From NCBI RefSeq assembly GCF_003334765.1, contig NZ_QOWT01000001.1: a stretch of DNA of 64,000 bases; one strand, 5' to 3'. Numbering within the stretch: position 1 is the first letter of the stretch; the number at the start of each line of letters is the position of its first letter. Below are positions 28,781-41,409 of this stretch, in pieces. Both the position numbers and the translations under genes were made by a program. This DNA is from Escherichia coli (GTDB lineage: Bacteria > Pseudomonadota > Gammaproteobacteria > Enterobacterales > Enterobacteriaceae). The notes under the pieces were generated by a model. The model ran no database searches. It was given only the letters and a program-made list of their open reading frames with translations, and was not told the DNA's origin.

Positions 28781-29532
28781 GAGCGATCATTTCCCCGACG
28801 CAAAACAATTCGTCCCTGTAAATCGTGACGATGGTTATGATGATGGCGATAGATACCCAGTTGTTCAGCACCACGAGGACCAAACATTGAAATAAACTCC
28901 GGATGCAGGGAAACAACTTCCGGTGTGCCGGAACAACAAATGTGGTGATTCAGGCACAGCACTTCATCGGTTTTTGCCATCACCAGATGCAGATCGTGAG
29001 AAACCATTAAAACGCCACAATCCAGTTCACGACGCAGTTGGTCAATAAGGTCATATAACGCCACCTGGCCATTTACATCCACGCCTTGAGTGGGTTCATC
29101 CAGCACTAATAATTGCGGGCGATTTAACAATGCTCGCGCTAATAGTACACGCTGCGTTTCGCCACCAGAGAGCTTTTGCATCGGTGCGTTAATCAGGTGC
29201 CCGGCCTGGACACGTTTCAGTGCAGGCAAAATATCTTCTTTATGTGTACCAGGGCGTAAGCGTAAAAAACGGTTTACGGTCAGTGGCAACGTGGTGTCGA
29301 GATACAGCTTCTGCGGTACATAGCCGATGCGCAGTTTTCCGTTGCGCTTGATAACCCCTTCATCGGGTGTTACCAGCCCGAGCACTACCCGTACCAGTGT
29401 CGACTTACCTGCGCCATTTGGCCCAAGTAAAGTCAAAATTTTTCCAGGTTTAAGTTCCAGCGACACATCAGAGAGGACGCGGCGTTGGCCAAAAGAAACC
29501 GAGACATTTTCCAGGGAAACCAGACTTGTCAT
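28777..29532 (-). CDS. znuC: Zinc ABC transporter ATP-binding protein ZnuC
   Basis: 251-aa ORF; Walker [10 protein letters not shown], signature LSGGETQR, Walker B LLVLDEP; His-rich C-terminus. Confidence 0.95.
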
Positions 29533-29556
29533 GTTAATTTTAGTCTTGCAGTAGTC

Positions 29557-29580
29557 ATGAAATGTTATAATATCACACTT
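29557..29580. promoter_or_regulatory. Zur box in the divergent znuCB / znuA promoter region
   Basis: atgaaatgttataatatcacactt resembles the Zur consensus GAAATGTTATAWTATAACATTTC and lies between the znuC start (29532) and the znuA start (29611). Confidence 0.7.
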
Positions 29581-29610
29581 CTCATATTCATTACGATTAT
29601 TGGTCGCATT

Positions 29611-30543
29611 ATGTTACATAAAAAAACGCTTCTTTTCGCAGCATTATCCGCCGCTCTCTGGGGAGGTGCAACACAGGCCGCAGATGCCGCCGTTGTCGCT
29701 TCGCTTAAACCCGTTGGGTTCATCGCTTCTGCCATTGCTGATGGGGTAACAGAAACAGAGGTTTTACTTCCTGACGGCGCTTCAGAACATGATTATTCAC
29801 TGCGCCCATCGGATGTAAAACGCTTACAGAACGCGGACTTAGTCGTTTGGGTTGGCCCGGAGATGGAAGCGTTTATGCAAAAACCGGTAAGCAAATTACC
29901 AGGAGCGAAGCAGGTAACGATTGCGCAGCTTGAAGATGTGAAACCGCTACTGATGAAAAGTATTCACGGCGATGATGATGATCACGACCACGCGGAAAAA
30001 AGTGACGAAGATCACCATCACGGCGATTTCAACATGCATCTTTGGCTTTCCCCAGAGATAGCGCGGGCTACAGCGGTTGCAATCCATGGAAAATTAGTGG
30101 AACTTATGCCGCAAAGTCGAGCCAAACTTGACGCCAACCTGAAGGATTTTGAGGCACAATTAGCCTCAACCGAAACGCAGGTTGGTAACGAGCTCGCGCC
30201 GCTCAAGGGGAAAGGTTATTTCGTTTTTCACGATGCTTACGGCTATTTCGAAAAACAGTTTGGACTGACACCGCTTGGTCATTTTACCGTTAACCCTGAG
30301 ATTCAACCTGGCGCGCAGCGTTTACATGAAATAAGAACACAGTTGGTTGAGCAAAAAGCAACCTGCGTTTTTGCTGAGCCACAGTTCAGGCCAGCGGTCG
30401 TTGAGAGCGTCGCACGAGGGACATCCGTTCGTATGGGAACGTTGGATCCCCTGGGGACGAATATCAAACTGGGTAAAACAAGCTATTCAGAATTCCTGAG
30501 TCAATTAGCCAACCAGTATGCGAGCTGCCTGAAAGGAGATTAA
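29611..30543 (+). CDS. znuA: Periplasmic zinc-binding protein ZnuA
   Basis: 310-aa ORF from ATG 29611 ([23 protein letters not shown] signal peptide); His/Asp-rich loop [22 protein letters not shown]; the track's start at 29485 falls in the promoter region. Confidence 0.93.
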
Positions 30544-30558
30544 TGAGGAAGTGATTAC

Positions 30559-31881
30559 GTGCAACAGATAGCCCGCTCTGTCGCCCTGGCGTTTAATAAT
30601 TTACCGCGACCACACCGCGTTATGTTGGGGTCGCTCACCGTTCTTACTCTGGCCGTCGCTGTCTGGCGGCCTTATGTTTATCACCGTGATGCCACGCCAA
30701 TTGTCAAAACCATTGAGCTGGAACAGAACGAAATTCGTTCGCTCTTACCTGAAGCCAGTGAGCCGATTGATCAAGCTGCACAAGAAGATGAAGCCATTCC
30801 CCAGGACGAACTGGATGACAAAATCGCCGGTGAAGCGGGCGTGCATGAATATGTTGTTTCCACTGGCGATACGCTAAGCAGCATTCTCAATCAGTATGGT
30901 ATTGATATGGGTGATATCACCCAACTGGCTGCGGCCGACAAAGAATTGCGTAACCTGAAAATCGGTCAACAACTCTCCTGGACATTAACCGCGGACGGCG
31001 AACTGCAGCGCCTCACCTGGGAAGTGTCTCGTCGTGAAACCCGAACCTATGACCGTACTGCCGCTAACGGTTTTAAAATGACCAGCGAAATGCAGCAAGG
31101 AGAGTGGGTTAACAATCTGCTGAAAGGTACCGTCGGGGGAAGCTTTGTTGCCAGCGCCAGAAACGCCGGTTTAACCAGCGCCGAAGTGAGCGCAGTGATT
31201 AAAGCCATGCAGTGGCAAATGGATTTCCGCAAACTGAAAAAAGGCGATGAATTTGCGGTGTTAATGTCTCGAGAAATGCTTGATGGTAAACGTGAGCAAA
31301 GCCAGCTGCTGGGCGTACGTTTGCGTTCAGAAGGTAAAGATTATTACGCTATCCGCGCTGAAGATGGCAAATTCTACGATCGTAACGGTACTGGTCTGGC
31401 GAAAGGATTCTTGCGATTCCCGACGGCGAAACAGTTCCGTATCTCGTCTAACTTTAACCCGCGTCGTACTAATCCGGTGACCGGTCGCGTTGCACCACAC
31501 AGAGGTGTTGATTTCGCCATGCCGCAGGGTACGCCAGTGCTTTCAGTGGGTGACGGTGAAGTGGTGGTTGCCAAACGCAGTGGCGCAGCAGGTTATTATG
31601 TGGCTATTCGTCATGGTCGCAGCTACACCACGCGTTATATGCACTTGCGCAAGATTCTGGTGAAACCGGGACAGAAGGTGAAACGTGGCGACCGTATCGC
31701 GCTTTCCGGTAATACCGGACGTTCAACCGGGCCGCATCTGCACTATGAAGTATGGATAAACCAGCAGGCCGTAAACCCGCTGACGGCAAAACTGCCGCGT
31801 ACCGAAGGGCTGACCGGCTCCGATCGTCGCGAATTCCTGGCGCAGGCCAAAGAGATTGTGCCGCAGCTACGGTTTGATTAA
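30559..31881 (+). CDS. mepM: Murein DD-endopeptidase MepM (YebA), LysM plus M23 peptidase domains
   Basis: 440-aa ORF with GTG start; N-terminal TM segment; LysM (…[18 protein letters not shown]…); M23 motifs HRGVDFA and GPHLHYEV. Confidence 0.93.
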
Positions 31882-31897
31882 TTAACATCCATTCGCA

Positions 31898-31928
31898 GCC
31901 GGTACGCAGTCAGTACCGGCTTTTTTTA
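31898..31928 (+). terminator. Rho-independent terminator after mepM
   Basis: gccggtac-gcagtca-gtaccggc followed by tttttttatttt. Confidence 0.8.
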
Positions 31929-32000
31929 TTTGGTGCGGGGCAAGTTGCGCCGCTACACTATCACCAGATTGATTTTTGCCTTATCCGAAACTGGAAAAGC

Positions 32001-32972
32001 ATGGAAACGAAAAAAAATAATAGCGAATACATTCCTGAGTTTGATAAATCCTTTCGCCACCCGCGCTACTGGGGAGCATGGCTGGGCGTAGCAGCGATGG
32101 CGGGTATCGCTTTAACGCCGCCAAAGTTCCGTGATCCCATTCTGGCACGGCTGGGACGTTTTGCCGGACGACTGGGAAAAAGCTCACGCCGTCGTGCGTT
32201 AATCAATCTGTCGCTCTGCTTTCCAGAACGTAGTGAAGCTGAACGCGAAGCGATTGTTGATGAGATGTTTGCCACCGCGCCGCAAGCGATGGCAATGATG
32301 GCTGAGTTGGCAATACGCGGGCCGGAGAAAATTCAGCCGCGCGTTGACTGGCAAGGGCTGGAGATCATCGAAGAGATGCGGCGTAATAACGAGAAAGTTA
32401 TCTTTCTGGTGCCGCACGGTTGGGCCGTCGATATTCCTGCCATGCTGATGGCCTCGCAAGGGCAGAAAATGGCAGCGATGTTCCATAATCAGGGCAACCC
32501 GGTTTTTGATTATGTCTGGAACACGGTGCGTCGTCGCTTTGGCGGTCGTCTGCATGCGAGAAATGACGGTATTAAACCATTCATCCAGTCGGTACGTCAG
32601 GGGTACTGGGGATATTATTTACCCGATCAGGATCATGGCCCAGAGCACAGCGAATTTGTGGATTTCTTTGCCACCTATAAAGCGACGTTGCCCGCGATTG
32701 GTCGTTTGATGAAAGTGTGCCGTGCGCGCGTTGTACCGCTGTTTCCGATTTATGATGGCAAGACGCATCGTCTGACGATTCAGGTGCGCCCACCGATGGA
32801 TGATCTGTTAGAGGCGGATGATCATACGATTGCGCGGCGGATGAATGAAGAAGTCGAGATTTTTGTTGGTCCGCGACCAGAACAATACACCTGGATACTA
32901 AAATTGCTGAAAACTCGCAAACCGGGCGAAATCCAGCCGTATAAGCGCAAAGATCTTTATCCCATCAAATAA
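32001..32972 (+). CDS. lpxM: Lipid A biosynthesis myristoyltransferase LpxM (MsbB)
   Basis: 323-aa [32 protein letters not shown]…; lysophospholipid-acyltransferase family with the catalytic dyad context …[10 protein letters not shown]…. Confidence 0.95.
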
Positions 32973-32974
32973 AA

Positions 32975-32998
32975 AAGCCTCTCGCGAGGAGAGGCCTT
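32975..32998 (-). terminator. Rho-independent terminator downstream of pykA (minus strand)
   Basis: Plus strand aaaaaagcctctcgcgaggagaggc; on the minus strand the hairpin is followed by a T-run. Confidence 0.6.
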
Positions 32999-33061
32999 CG
33001 CCTGATGATAAGTTCAAGTTTGCTTCAGAATATTCGAAATCTGTTGAACTATCATTGAACT

Positions 33062-33096
33062 GTAGGCCGGATGTGGCGTTTTCGCCGCATCCGGCA
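33062..33096. repeat. REP element between lpxM and pykA
   Basis: gtaggccggatgtggcgttttcgccgcatccggca. Confidence 0.65.
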
Positions 33097-33102
33097 ACGT
33101 AC

Positions 33103-34545
33103 TTACTCTACCGTTAAAATACGCGTGGTATTAGTAGAACCCACGGTACTCATCACGTCGCCCTGGGTGACAATCACCAGGTCACCAGACATCAAGTAAC
33201 CTTTATCGCGCAGCAGATTAACCGCTTCGCTGGCAGCTGCTACGCCGTCATTAGCGCTATCAAAGTGCACCGGCGTAACGCCACGATAGAGAGCAGTCAG
33301 GTTCAGCGTACGTTCATGGCGCGACATGGCGAAAATTGGCAGACCAGAGCTGATACGGGAGGTCATCAGCGCGGTACGACCCGATTCGGTCATGGTGATG
33401 ATCGCCGTAACGCCTTTCAGGTGGTTAGCTGCGTACATTGCTGACATGGCAATAGCTTCTTCCACATTGTCGAACTGAACGTCCAGACGGTGTTTAGAAA
33501 CGTTGATGCTCGGGATTTTTTCCGCACCCAGGCAAACGCGCGCCATGGCTGCAACGGTTTCTGACGGATACTGCCCAGCGGCAGTTTCTGCAGACAGCAT
33601 CACAGCGTCAGTACCATCCAGAACGGCGTTTGCTACGTCCATGACTTCTGCACGCGTCGGCATCGGGTTAGTAATCATTGACTCCATCATCTGGGTCGCC
33701 GTGATTACCGCTCGGTTTAGCTGACGCGCACGACGGATCAACGCTTTCTGAATGCCGACCAGTTCCGGGTCGCCAATTTCCACACCGAGGTCGCCACGTG
33801 CAACCATTACCACGTCAGAGGCGAGGATGATGTCATCCATTGCATCCTGGCTGCAAACGGCTTCCGCACGTTCAACCTTGGCAACAATTTTCGCATCACA
33901 TCCTGCATCGCGTGCCAGGCGACGGGCATAGTTCAGATCTTCGCCACAGCGTGGGAAGGAGACAGCCAGGTAATCTACGCCAATCAACGCCGCAGTCTTA
34001 ATGTCTGCTTTGTCTTTTTCGGTCAGCGCTTCAGCCGACAAACCGCCGCCAAGTTTGTTGATACCTTTATTGTTGGAGAGGGGACCACCGACGGTGACTT
34101 CGGTGAACACTTTCATGCCCTGAACTTCCAGTACTTTTAACTGGACGCGACCATCGTCCAGCAGCAGGATGTCACCAGGCACGACGTCAGCAGGCAGGCC
34201 TTTGTAGTCGATACCGACTTTTTCTTTGTCGCCTTCACCTTTACCCAGGTTGGCGTCGAGCAGGAATTTATCCCCAATATTGAGGAAAACTTTGCCTTCT
34301 TTAAAGGTGGATACACGGATTTTGGGCCCCTGGAGGTCACCCAGAATAGCCACATGACGCCCCAGTTTTGCGGCAATCTCACGAACTTTATCCGCGCGCA
34401 TTTTGTGATCTTCAGGCGAGCCGTGAGAAAAGTTCATACGTACAACGTTGGCACCCGCCGCGATAACTTTTTCAAGATTATTATCGCGATCTGTTGCTGG
34501 GCCTAACGTGGTAACGATTTTTGTTCTGCGAAGCCTTCTGGACAT
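33103..34545 (-). CDS. pykA: Pyruvate kinase II (AMP-activated)
   Basis: 480-aa ORF from the ATG at 34543-34545 ([19 protein letters not shown]…); the track's 527-aa version is an upstream extension. Confidence 0.95.
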
Positions 34546-34672
34546 GTAATACTCCGTTGACTGAAACAACCAGGTGTTGCTTGAACATGAAATCCGAATG
34601 AAATAACGCCGCGATGGCGATAAATTAATCTCATTCGGATGTCGTATAAGATTAGGACAGTGACAGTCGTTT

Positions 34673-35542
34673 TTAGCGATCGTCACTTAAATTAAGTAAC
34701 TGCTTATCAAAACGCGATTCCTTCAGCGCTTCTTTGACCCGCTTCAAGTTATCTCTGAATTTTGCACCGCGTCGCAAAGTAAATCCTGTCGCCAGCACAT
34801 CTATCACGGTCAGCTGTGCAAGTCGAGAAACCATGGGCATATAAATGTCAGTATCTTCCGGTACGTCGAGGGTAATTGCCAGCGTTGCTTCCCGGGCGAG
34901 CGGGGTACCCGCAGAGGTGAGGGCAATCACCATGGCGTCGTTTTCGCGTGCCAGCTGCGCCAGCTCGACCAGATTTTTTGTTCTTCCAGTGTGAGAAATC
35001 AGCACCACCACGTCTCCGTCGCTACAATTCATACAACTCATGCGTTGCAGCACGATATCATCGGAGTACACCACCGGAACATTAAAACGAAAGAACTTAT
35101 TCATCGCATCGTGGGCAACGGCGGCTGAAGAGCCTAATCCGAAAAAGGCGATTTTTTTTGCCTGAGTGAGCAAGTCGACGGCGCGGTTGATGGCAGATTT
35201 ATCCAGTGAATGACGGACATGATCAAGCGTTGCCATTGCGGACTCAAATATTTTCCCTGTGTATGATTCAACGCTGTCATCTTCATTGACATTGCGATTA
35301 ACATAGGGAGTGCCATTCGCCAGACTCTGTGCCAGATGAAGTTTAAAATCAGGAAAACCGCGCGTGTCCATGCTGCGACAGAAACGATTCACCGTCGGTT
35401 CGCTAACATTGGCTTCCAGTGCCATAGCAGCAATACTCGAATGGATCGCGTTATCGGGCGAAGCCAGAATGACCTCGGCAACTTTGCGCTCTGATTTGCT
35501 CAAATGTTCCAGCTGAGACTGGATTTTTTCCAGCATATTCAT
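34673..35542 (-). CDS. hexR: RpiR-family transcriptional regulator HexR (YebK): HTH plus SIS domain
   Basis: 289-aa [35 protein letters not shown]…; divergent from zwf. Confidence 0.93.
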
Positions 35543-35656
35543 GATGTAAAGAGACTCACGGGTAATGACGATTTCCGCACTGAAAGAAATCGAAATGCAG
35601 TTTTGTCAGATATTACGCCTGTGTGCCGTGTTAATGACAAAAGCAGATAAAAAAGT

Positions 35657-35676
35657 TGTTATTTTTTTTCATAACA
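35657..35676. promoter_or_regulatory. Inverted repeat TGTTAT-N8-ATAACA in the hexR-zwf divergent region (candidate HexR operator)
   Basis: tgttattttttttcataaca lies about 115 bp upstream of hexR and about 205 bp upstream of zwf; the assignment to HexR is inference. Confidence 0.3.
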
Positions 35677-35879
35677 TGATCAGTGTCAGATTTTTACCCA
35701 ATGGAAAACGATGATTTTTTTATCAGTTTTGCCGCACTTTGCGCGCTTTTCCCGTAATCGCACGGGTGGATAAGCGTTTACAGTTTTCGCAAGCTCGTAA
35801 AAGCAGTACAGTGCACCGTAAGAAAATTACAAGTATACCCTGGCTTAAGTACCGGGTTAGTTAACTTAAGGAGAATGAC

Positions 35880-37355
35880 ATGGCGGTAACGCAAACAGCC
35901 CAGGCCTGTGACCTGGTCATTTTCGGCGCGAAAGGCGACCTTGCGCGTCGTAAATTGCTGCCTTCCCTGTATCAACTGGAAAAAGCCGGTCAGCTCAACC
36001 CGGACACCCGGATTATCGGCGTAGGGCGTGCTGACTGGGATAAAGCGGCATATACCAAAGTTGTCCGCGAGGCGCTCGAAACTTTCATGAAAGAAACCAT
36101 TGATGAAGGTTTATGGGACACCCTGAGTGCACGTCTGGATTTTTGTAATCTCGATGTCAATGACACTGCTGCATTCAGCCGTCTCGGCGCGATGCTGGAT
36201 CAAAAAAATCGTATCACCATTAACTACTTTGCCATGCCGCCCAGCACTTTTGGCGCAATTTGCAAAGGGCTTGGCGAGGCAAAACTGAATGCTAAACCGG
36301 CACGCGTAGTCATGGAGAAACCGCTGGGGACGTCGCTGGCGACCTCGCAGGAAATCAATGATCAGGTTGGCGAATACTTCGAGGAGTGCCAGGTTTACCG
36401 TATCGACCACTATCTTGGTAAAGAAACGGTGCTGAACCTGTTGGCGCTGCGTTTTGCTAACTCCCTGTTTGTGAATAACTGGGACAATCGCACCATTGAT
36501 CATGTTGAGATTACCGTGGCAGAAGAAGTGGGGATCGAAGGGCGCTGGGGCTATTTTGATAAAGCCGGTCAGATGCGCGACATGATCCAGAACCACCTGC
36601 TGCAAATTCTTTGCATGATTGCGATGTCTCCGCCGTCTGACCTGAGCGCAGACAGCATCCGCGATGAAAAAGTGAAAGTACTGAAGTCTCTGCGCCGCAT
36701 CGACCGCTCCAACGTACGCGAAAAAACCGTACGCGGGCAATATACTGCGGGCTTCGCCCAGGGCAAAAAAGTGCCGGGATATCTGGAAGAAGAGGGCGCG
36801 AACAAGAGCAGCAATACAGAAACTTTCGTGGCGATCCGCGTCGACATTGATAACTGGCGCTGGGCCGGTGTGCCATTCTACCTGCGTACTGGTAAACGTC
36901 TGCCGACCAAATGTTCTGAAGTCGTGGTCTATTTCAAAACACCTGAACTGAATCTGTTTAAAGAATCGTGGCAGGATCTGCCGCAGAATAAACTGACTAT
37001 CCGTCTGCAACCTGATGAAGGCGTGGATATCCAGGTACTGAATAAAGTTCCTGGCCTTGACCACAAACATAACCTGCAAATCACCAAGCTGGATCTGAGC
37101 TATTCAGAAACCTTTAATCAGACGCATCTGGCGGATGCCTATGAACGTTTGCTGCTGGAAACCATGCGTGGTATTCAGGCACTGTTTGTACGTCGCGACG
37201 AAGTGGAAGAAGCCTGGAAATGGGTAGACTCCATTACTGAGGCGTGGGCGATGGACAATGATGCGCCGAAACCGTATCAGGCCGGAACCTGGGGACCCGT
37301 TGCCTCGGTGGCGATGATTACCCGTGATGGTCGTTCCTGGAATGAGTTTGAGTAA
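35880..37355 (+). CDS. zwf: Glucose-6-phosphate 1-dehydrogenase
   Basis: 491-aa ORF; NADP-binding GAKGDLA and active-site [11 protein letters not shown] taaggag just upstream. Confidence 0.97.
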   Translation: MAVTQTAQACDLVIFGAKGDLARRKLLPSLYQLEKAGQLNPDTRIIGVGRADWDKAAYTKVVREALETFMKETIDEGLWDTLSARLDFCNLDVNDTAAFSRLGAMLDQKNRITINYFAMPPSTFGAICKGLGEAKLNAKPARVVMEKPLGTSLATSQEINDQVGEYFEECQVYRIDHYLGKETVLNLLALRFANSLFVNNWDNRTIDHVEITVAEEVGIEGRWGYFDKAGQMRDMIQNHLLQILCMIAMSPPSDLSADSIRDEKVKVLKSLRRIDRSNVREKTVRGQYTAGFAQGKKVPGYLEEEGANKSSNTETFVAIRVDIDNWRWAGVPFYLRTGKRLPTKCSEVVVYFKTPELNLFKESWQDLPQNKLTIRLQPDEGVDIQVLNKVPGLDHKHNLQITKLDLSYSETFNQTHLADAYERLLLETMRGIQALFVRRDEVEEAWKWVDSITEAWAMDNDAPKPYQAGTWGPVASVAMITRDGRSWNEFE

Positions 37356-37380
37356 TATCTGCGCTTATCCTTTATGGTTA

Positions 37381-37396
37381 TTTTACCGGTAACATG
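37381..37396. promoter_or_regulatory. Near-perfect 16-bp palindrome ATTTTACCGGTAACAT (candidate GntR operator for edd-eda)
   Basis: 15 of 16 positions match the perfect palindrome ATGTTACCGGTAACAT; sits 26 bp after the zwf stop and about 195 bp upstream of edd. Confidence 0.45.
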
Positions 37397-37433
37397 ATCT
37401 TGCGCAGATTGTAGAACAATTTTTACACTTTCA

Positions 37434-37467
37434 GGCCTCGTGCGGATTCACCCACGAGGCTTTTTTT
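37434..37467 (+). terminator. Rho-independent terminator after zwf
   Basis: gcctcgtg-cggattcaccc-acgaggc followed by ttttttt. Confidence 0.8.
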
Positions 37468-37589
37468 ATTACACTGACTGAAACGTTTTTGCCCTATGAG
37501 CTCCGGTTACAGGCGTTTCAGTCATAAATCCTCTGAATGAAACGCGTTGTGAATCATCCTGCTCTGACAACTCAATTTCAGGAGCCTTT

Positions 37590-39401
37590 ATGAATCCACA
37601 ATTGTTACGCGTAACAAATCGAATCATTGAACGTTCGCGCGAGACTCGCTCTGCTTATCTCGCCCGGATAGAACAAGCGAAAACTTCGACCGTTCATCGT
37701 TCGCAGTTGGCATGCGGTAACCTGGCACACGGTTTCGCTGCCTGCCAGCCAGAAGACAAAGCCTCTTTGAAAAGCATGTTGCGTAACAATATCGCCATCA
37801 TCACCTCCTATAACGACATGCTCTCCGCGCACCAGCCTTATGAACACTATCCAGAAATCATTCGTAAAGCCCTGCATGAAGCGAATGCGGTTGGTCAGGT
37901 TGCGGGCGGTGTTCCGGCGATGTGTGATGGTGTCACCCAGGGGCAGGATGGAATGGAATTGTCGCTGCTAAGCCGCGAAGTGATAGCGATGTCTGCGGCG
38001 GTGGGGCTGTCCCATAACATGTTTGATGGTGCTCTGTTCCTCGGTGTGTGCGACAAGATTGTCCCGGGTCTGACGATGGCAGCCCTGTCGTTTGGTCATT
38101 TGCCTGCGGTGTTTGTGCCGTCTGGACCGATGGCAAGCGGTTTGCCAAATAAAGAAAAAGTGCGTATTCGCCAGCTTTATGCCGAAGGTAAAGTGGACCG
38201 CATGGCCTTACTGGAGTCAGAAGCCGCGTCTTACCATGCGCCGGGAACATGTACTTTCTACGGTACTGCCAACACCAACCAGATGGTGGTGGAGTTTATG
38301 GGGATGCAGTTGCCAGGCTCTTCTTTTGTTCATCCGGATTCTCCGCTGCGCGATGCTTTGACCGCCGCAGCTGCGCGTCAGGTTACACGCATGACCGGTA
38401 ATGGTAATGAATGGATGCCGATCGGTAAGATGATCGATGAGAAAGTGGTGGTGAACGGTATCGTTGCACTGCTGGCGACCGGTGGTTCCACTAACCACAC
38501 CATGCACCTGGTGGCGATGGCGCGCGCGGCCGGTATTCAGATTAACTGGGATGACTTCTCTGACCTTTCTGATGTTGTACCGCTGATGGCACGTCTCTAC
38601 CCGAACGGTCCGGCCGATATTAACCACTTCCAGGCGGCAGGTGGCGTACCGGTTCTGGTGCGTGAACTGCTCAAAGCAGGCCTGCTGCATGAAGATGTCA
38701 ATACGGTGGCAGGTTTTGGTCTGTCTCGTTATACCCTTGAACCATGGCTGAATAATGGTGAACTGGACTGGCGGGAAGGGGCGGAAAAATCACTCGACAG
38801 CAATGTGATCGCTTCCTTCGAACAACCTTTCTCTCATCATGGTGGGACAAAAGTGTTAAGCGGTAACCTGGGCCGTGCGGTTATGAAAACCTCTGCCGTG
38901 CCGGTTGAGAACCAGGTGATTGAAGCGCCAGCGGTTGTTTTTGAAAGCCAGCATGACGTTATGCCGGCCTTTGAAGCGGGTTTGCTGGACCGCGATTGTG
39001 TCGTTGTTGTCCGTCATCAGGGGCCAAAAGCGAACGGAATGCCAGAATTACATAAACTCATGCCGCCACTTGGTGTATTATTGGACCGGTGTTTCAAAAT
39101 TGCGTTAGTTACCGATGGACGACTCTCCGGCGCTTCAGGTAAAGTGCCGTCAGCTATCCACGTAACACCAGAAGCCTACGATGGCGGGCTGCTGGCAAAA
39201 GTGCGCGACGGGGACATCATTCGTGTGAATGGACAGACAGGCGAACTGACGCTGCTGGTAGACGAAGCGGAACTGGCTGCTCGCGAACCGCACATTCCTG
39301 ACCTGAGCGCGTCACGCGTGGGAACAGGACGTGAATTATTCAGCGCCTTGCGTGAAAAACTGTCCGGTGCCGAACAGGGCGCAACCTGTATCACTTTTTA
39401 A
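37590..39401 (+). CDS. edd: Phosphogluconate dehydratase (Entner-Doudoroff)
   Basis: 603-aa ORF of the IlvD/Edd dehydratase family (…[15 protein letters not shown]…). Confidence 0.97.
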   Translation: MNPQLLRVTNRIIERSRETRSAYLARIEQAKTSTVHRSQLACGNLAHGFAACQPEDKASLKSMLRNNIAIITSYNDMLSAHQPYEHYPEIIRKALHEANAVGQVAGGVPAMCDGVTQGQDGMELSLLSREVIAMSAAVGLSHNMFDGALFLGVCDKIVPGLTMAALSFGHLPAVFVPSGPMASGLPNKEKVRIRQLYAEGKVDRMALLESEAASYHAPGTCTFYGTANTNQMVVEFMGMQLPGSSFVHPDSPLRDALTAAAARQVTRMTGNGNEWMPIGKMIDEKVVVNGIVALLATGGSTNHTMHLVAMARAAGIQINWDDFSDLSDVVPLMARLYPNGPADINHFQAAGGVPVLVRELLKAGLLHEDVNTVAGFGLSRYTLEPWLNNGELDWREGAEKSLDSNVIASFEQPFSHHGGTKVLSGNLGRAVMKTSAVPVENQVIEAPAVVFESQHDVMPAFEAGLLDRDCVVVVRHQGPKANGMPELHKLMPPLGVLLDRCFKIALVTDGRLSGASGKVPSAIHVTPEAYDGGLLAKVRDGDIIRVNGQTGELTLLVDEAELAAREPHIPDLSASRVGTGRELFSALREKLSGAEQGATCITF

Positions 39402-39437
39402 GACGACAAATTTGTAATCAGGCGAGAGAAAACTCTG

Positions 39438-40079
39438 ATGAAAAACTGGAAAACAAGTGCAGAATCAATCCTGACCACCGGCCCGGTTGTACCGGTTATC
39501 GTGGTAAAAAAACTGGAACACGCGGTGCCGATGGCAAAAGCGTTGGTTGCTGGTGGGGTGCGCGTTCTGGAAGTGACTCTGCGTACCGAGTGTGCAGTTG
39601 ACGCTATCCGTGCTATCGCCAAAGAAGTGCCTGAAGCGATTGTGGGTGCCGGTACGGTGCTGAATCCACAGCAGCTGGCAGAAGTCACTGAAGCGGGTGC
39701 ACAGTTCGCAATTAGCCCGGGTCTGACCGAGCCGCTGCTGAAAGCTGCTACCGAAGGGACTATTCCTCTGATTCCGGGGATCAGCACTGTTTCCGAACTG
39801 ATGCTGGGTATGGACTACGGTTTGAAAGAGTTCAAATTCTTCCCGGCTGAAGCTAACGGCGGCGTGAAAGCCCTGCAGGCGATCGCGGGTCCGTTCTCCC
39901 AGGTCCGTTTCTGCCCGACGGGTGGTATTTCTCCGGCTAACTACCGTGACTACCTGGCGCTGAAAAGCGTGCTGTGCATCGGTGGTTCCTGGCTGGTTCC
40001 GGCAGATGCGCTGGAAGCGGGCGATTACGACCGCATTACTAAGCTGGCGCGTGAAGCTGTAGAAGGCGCTAAGCTGTAA
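39438..40079 (+). CDS. eda: KDPG / KHG aldolase
   Basis: 213-aa [26 protein letters not shown]… with the Schiff-base lysine context …EFKFFPAEA…. Confidence 0.97.
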
Positions 40080-40087
40080 AAGTCAAA

Positions 40088-40115
40088 ATGCCCGATCGAG
40101 GATCGGGCATTTTTG
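40088..40115. terminator. Hairpin terminator between the convergent eda and purT (probably bidirectional)
   Basis: atgcccgatc-gag-gatcgggcat flanked by aaaa upstream and ttttt downstream. Confidence 0.8.
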
Positions 40116-40134
40116 TAGCGTTTTTTTGCCGGGT

Positions 40135-41313
40135 TTAACCCTGTACTTTTACCTGTCCGGCGGCGTGCTTCGCGCGTTCAATGGCGTCAACAACACTCTC
40201 TGCAGTAGCCAGTGCCACCCCCAGACGACGGCTGCCATCAATTTCCGGCTTACCAAATAAACGAATCTGCAAATCTGCGCCTACGGCATTCTGCACATTA
40301 TCAAACGTGACATTCTGACTGGTCAGTTGTGGCAGAATAACGGCAGAAGCTGCAGGACCATACTGACGGATCCCGCCAACCGGAAGTCCGAGGAAGGCAC
40401 GTACATGCAGGGCAAACTCTGAGAGATCTTGAGAAATTAACGTCACCATCCCGGTATCATGTGGACGAGGGGAGACCTCACTGAAAATCACCTCATCACC
40501 ACAGACAAATAGCTCGACACCAAACAACCCATAACCGCCCAGTGCCAGCACCACTTTACGGGCAATCTCCTGCGCACGTTCAAGGGCAAGCGGGCTCATT
40601 TGCTGTGGTTGCCAGGATTCACGGTAGTCGCCATCTTCCTGGCGATGACCTACTGGTGCACAGAAATGGACGCCATCCACCGCGCTGACGGTTAGCAGGG
40701 TAATTTCGAAGTCAAACTTAACGACGCCTTCAACAATTACGCGGCCCGCTCCGGCGCGACCGCCTTGCTGAGCGTACTTCCATGCCTGAGCAAGTTGCTC
40801 TGCAGAACGAATAAACGTCTGCCCCTTGCCGGAAGAGCTCATCACCGGTTTTACAATACAGGGATAGCCAATGTCAGCAACCGCCTCGCGGAAAAGGCTT
40901 TCGCTATCGGCAAAACGATAAGTGGAAGTGGGCAGCTGCAGCTCTTCTGCCGCCAGGCGACGGATACCCTCGCGATTCATCGTTAATTTCGTTGCGCGAG
41001 CGCAGGGGACAACATTCAGTCCTTCCTCTTCAAGTTGGATCAGCATATCGGTGGCAATAGCTTCGATCTCCGGCACGATATAATGTGGTTTTTCCAGTTC
41101 AACCACACGGCGTAATGCATCACCATCAAGCATATTAATGACATGGGAGCGATGCGCGACATGCATGGCTGGTGCGTCGGCATAGCGATCGACGGCAATC
41201 ACCTCTACGCCGAGACGCTGACACTCGATTGCCACTTCTTTACCCAGTTCACCGGAGCCTAATAACATCACGCGAGTTGCTGCCGGACGCAGCGCAGTGC
41301 CTAATAACGTCAT
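40135..41313 (-). CDS. purT: Formate-dependent phosphoribosylglycinamide formyltransferase (GAR transformylase 2)
   Basis: 392-aa ATP-grasp [30 protein letters not shown]…. Confidence 0.95.
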   Translation of the reverse strand: MTLLGTALRPAATRVMLLGSGELGKEVAIECQRLGVEVIAVDRYADAPAMHVAHRSHVINMLDGDALRRVVELEKPHYIVPEIEAIATDMLIQLEEEGLNVVPCARATKLTMNREGIRRLAAEELQLPTSTYRFADSESLFREAVADIGYPCIVKPVMSSSGKGQTFIRSAEQLAQAWKYAQQGGRAGAGRVIVEGVVKFDFEITLLTVSAVDGVHFCAPVGHRQEDGDYRESWQPQQMSPLALERAQEIARKVVLALGGYGLFGVELFVCGDEVIFSEVSPRPHDTGMVTLISQDLSEFALHVRAFLGLPVGGIRQYGPAASAVILPQLTSQNVTFDNVQNAVGADLQIRLFGKPEIDGSRRLGVALATAESVVDAIERAKHAAGQVKVQG

Positions 41314-41350
41314 AACGAATATCCCCTGATTAATTCCGCGCGCAGTATAA

Positions 41351-41366
41351 ACGAAAACGTTTGCGT
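41351..41366. promoter_or_regulatory. PurR box upstream of purT
   Basis: ACGAAAACGTTTGCGT matches the PurR operator consensus (aCGCAAACGTTTTCnT class) 38-53 bp upstream of the purT start. Confidence 0.7.
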
Positions 41367-41409
41367 GTGTCTTTATTGCTGATGTTGATTTCTCAACCGA
41401 AAAGAAATA

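Noticed and set aside
36111..37079. 322-aa minus-strand ORF inside zwf, with a nested 121-aa ORF
   Set aside because: Antisense shadow ORFs of zwf; no promoter or SD context.
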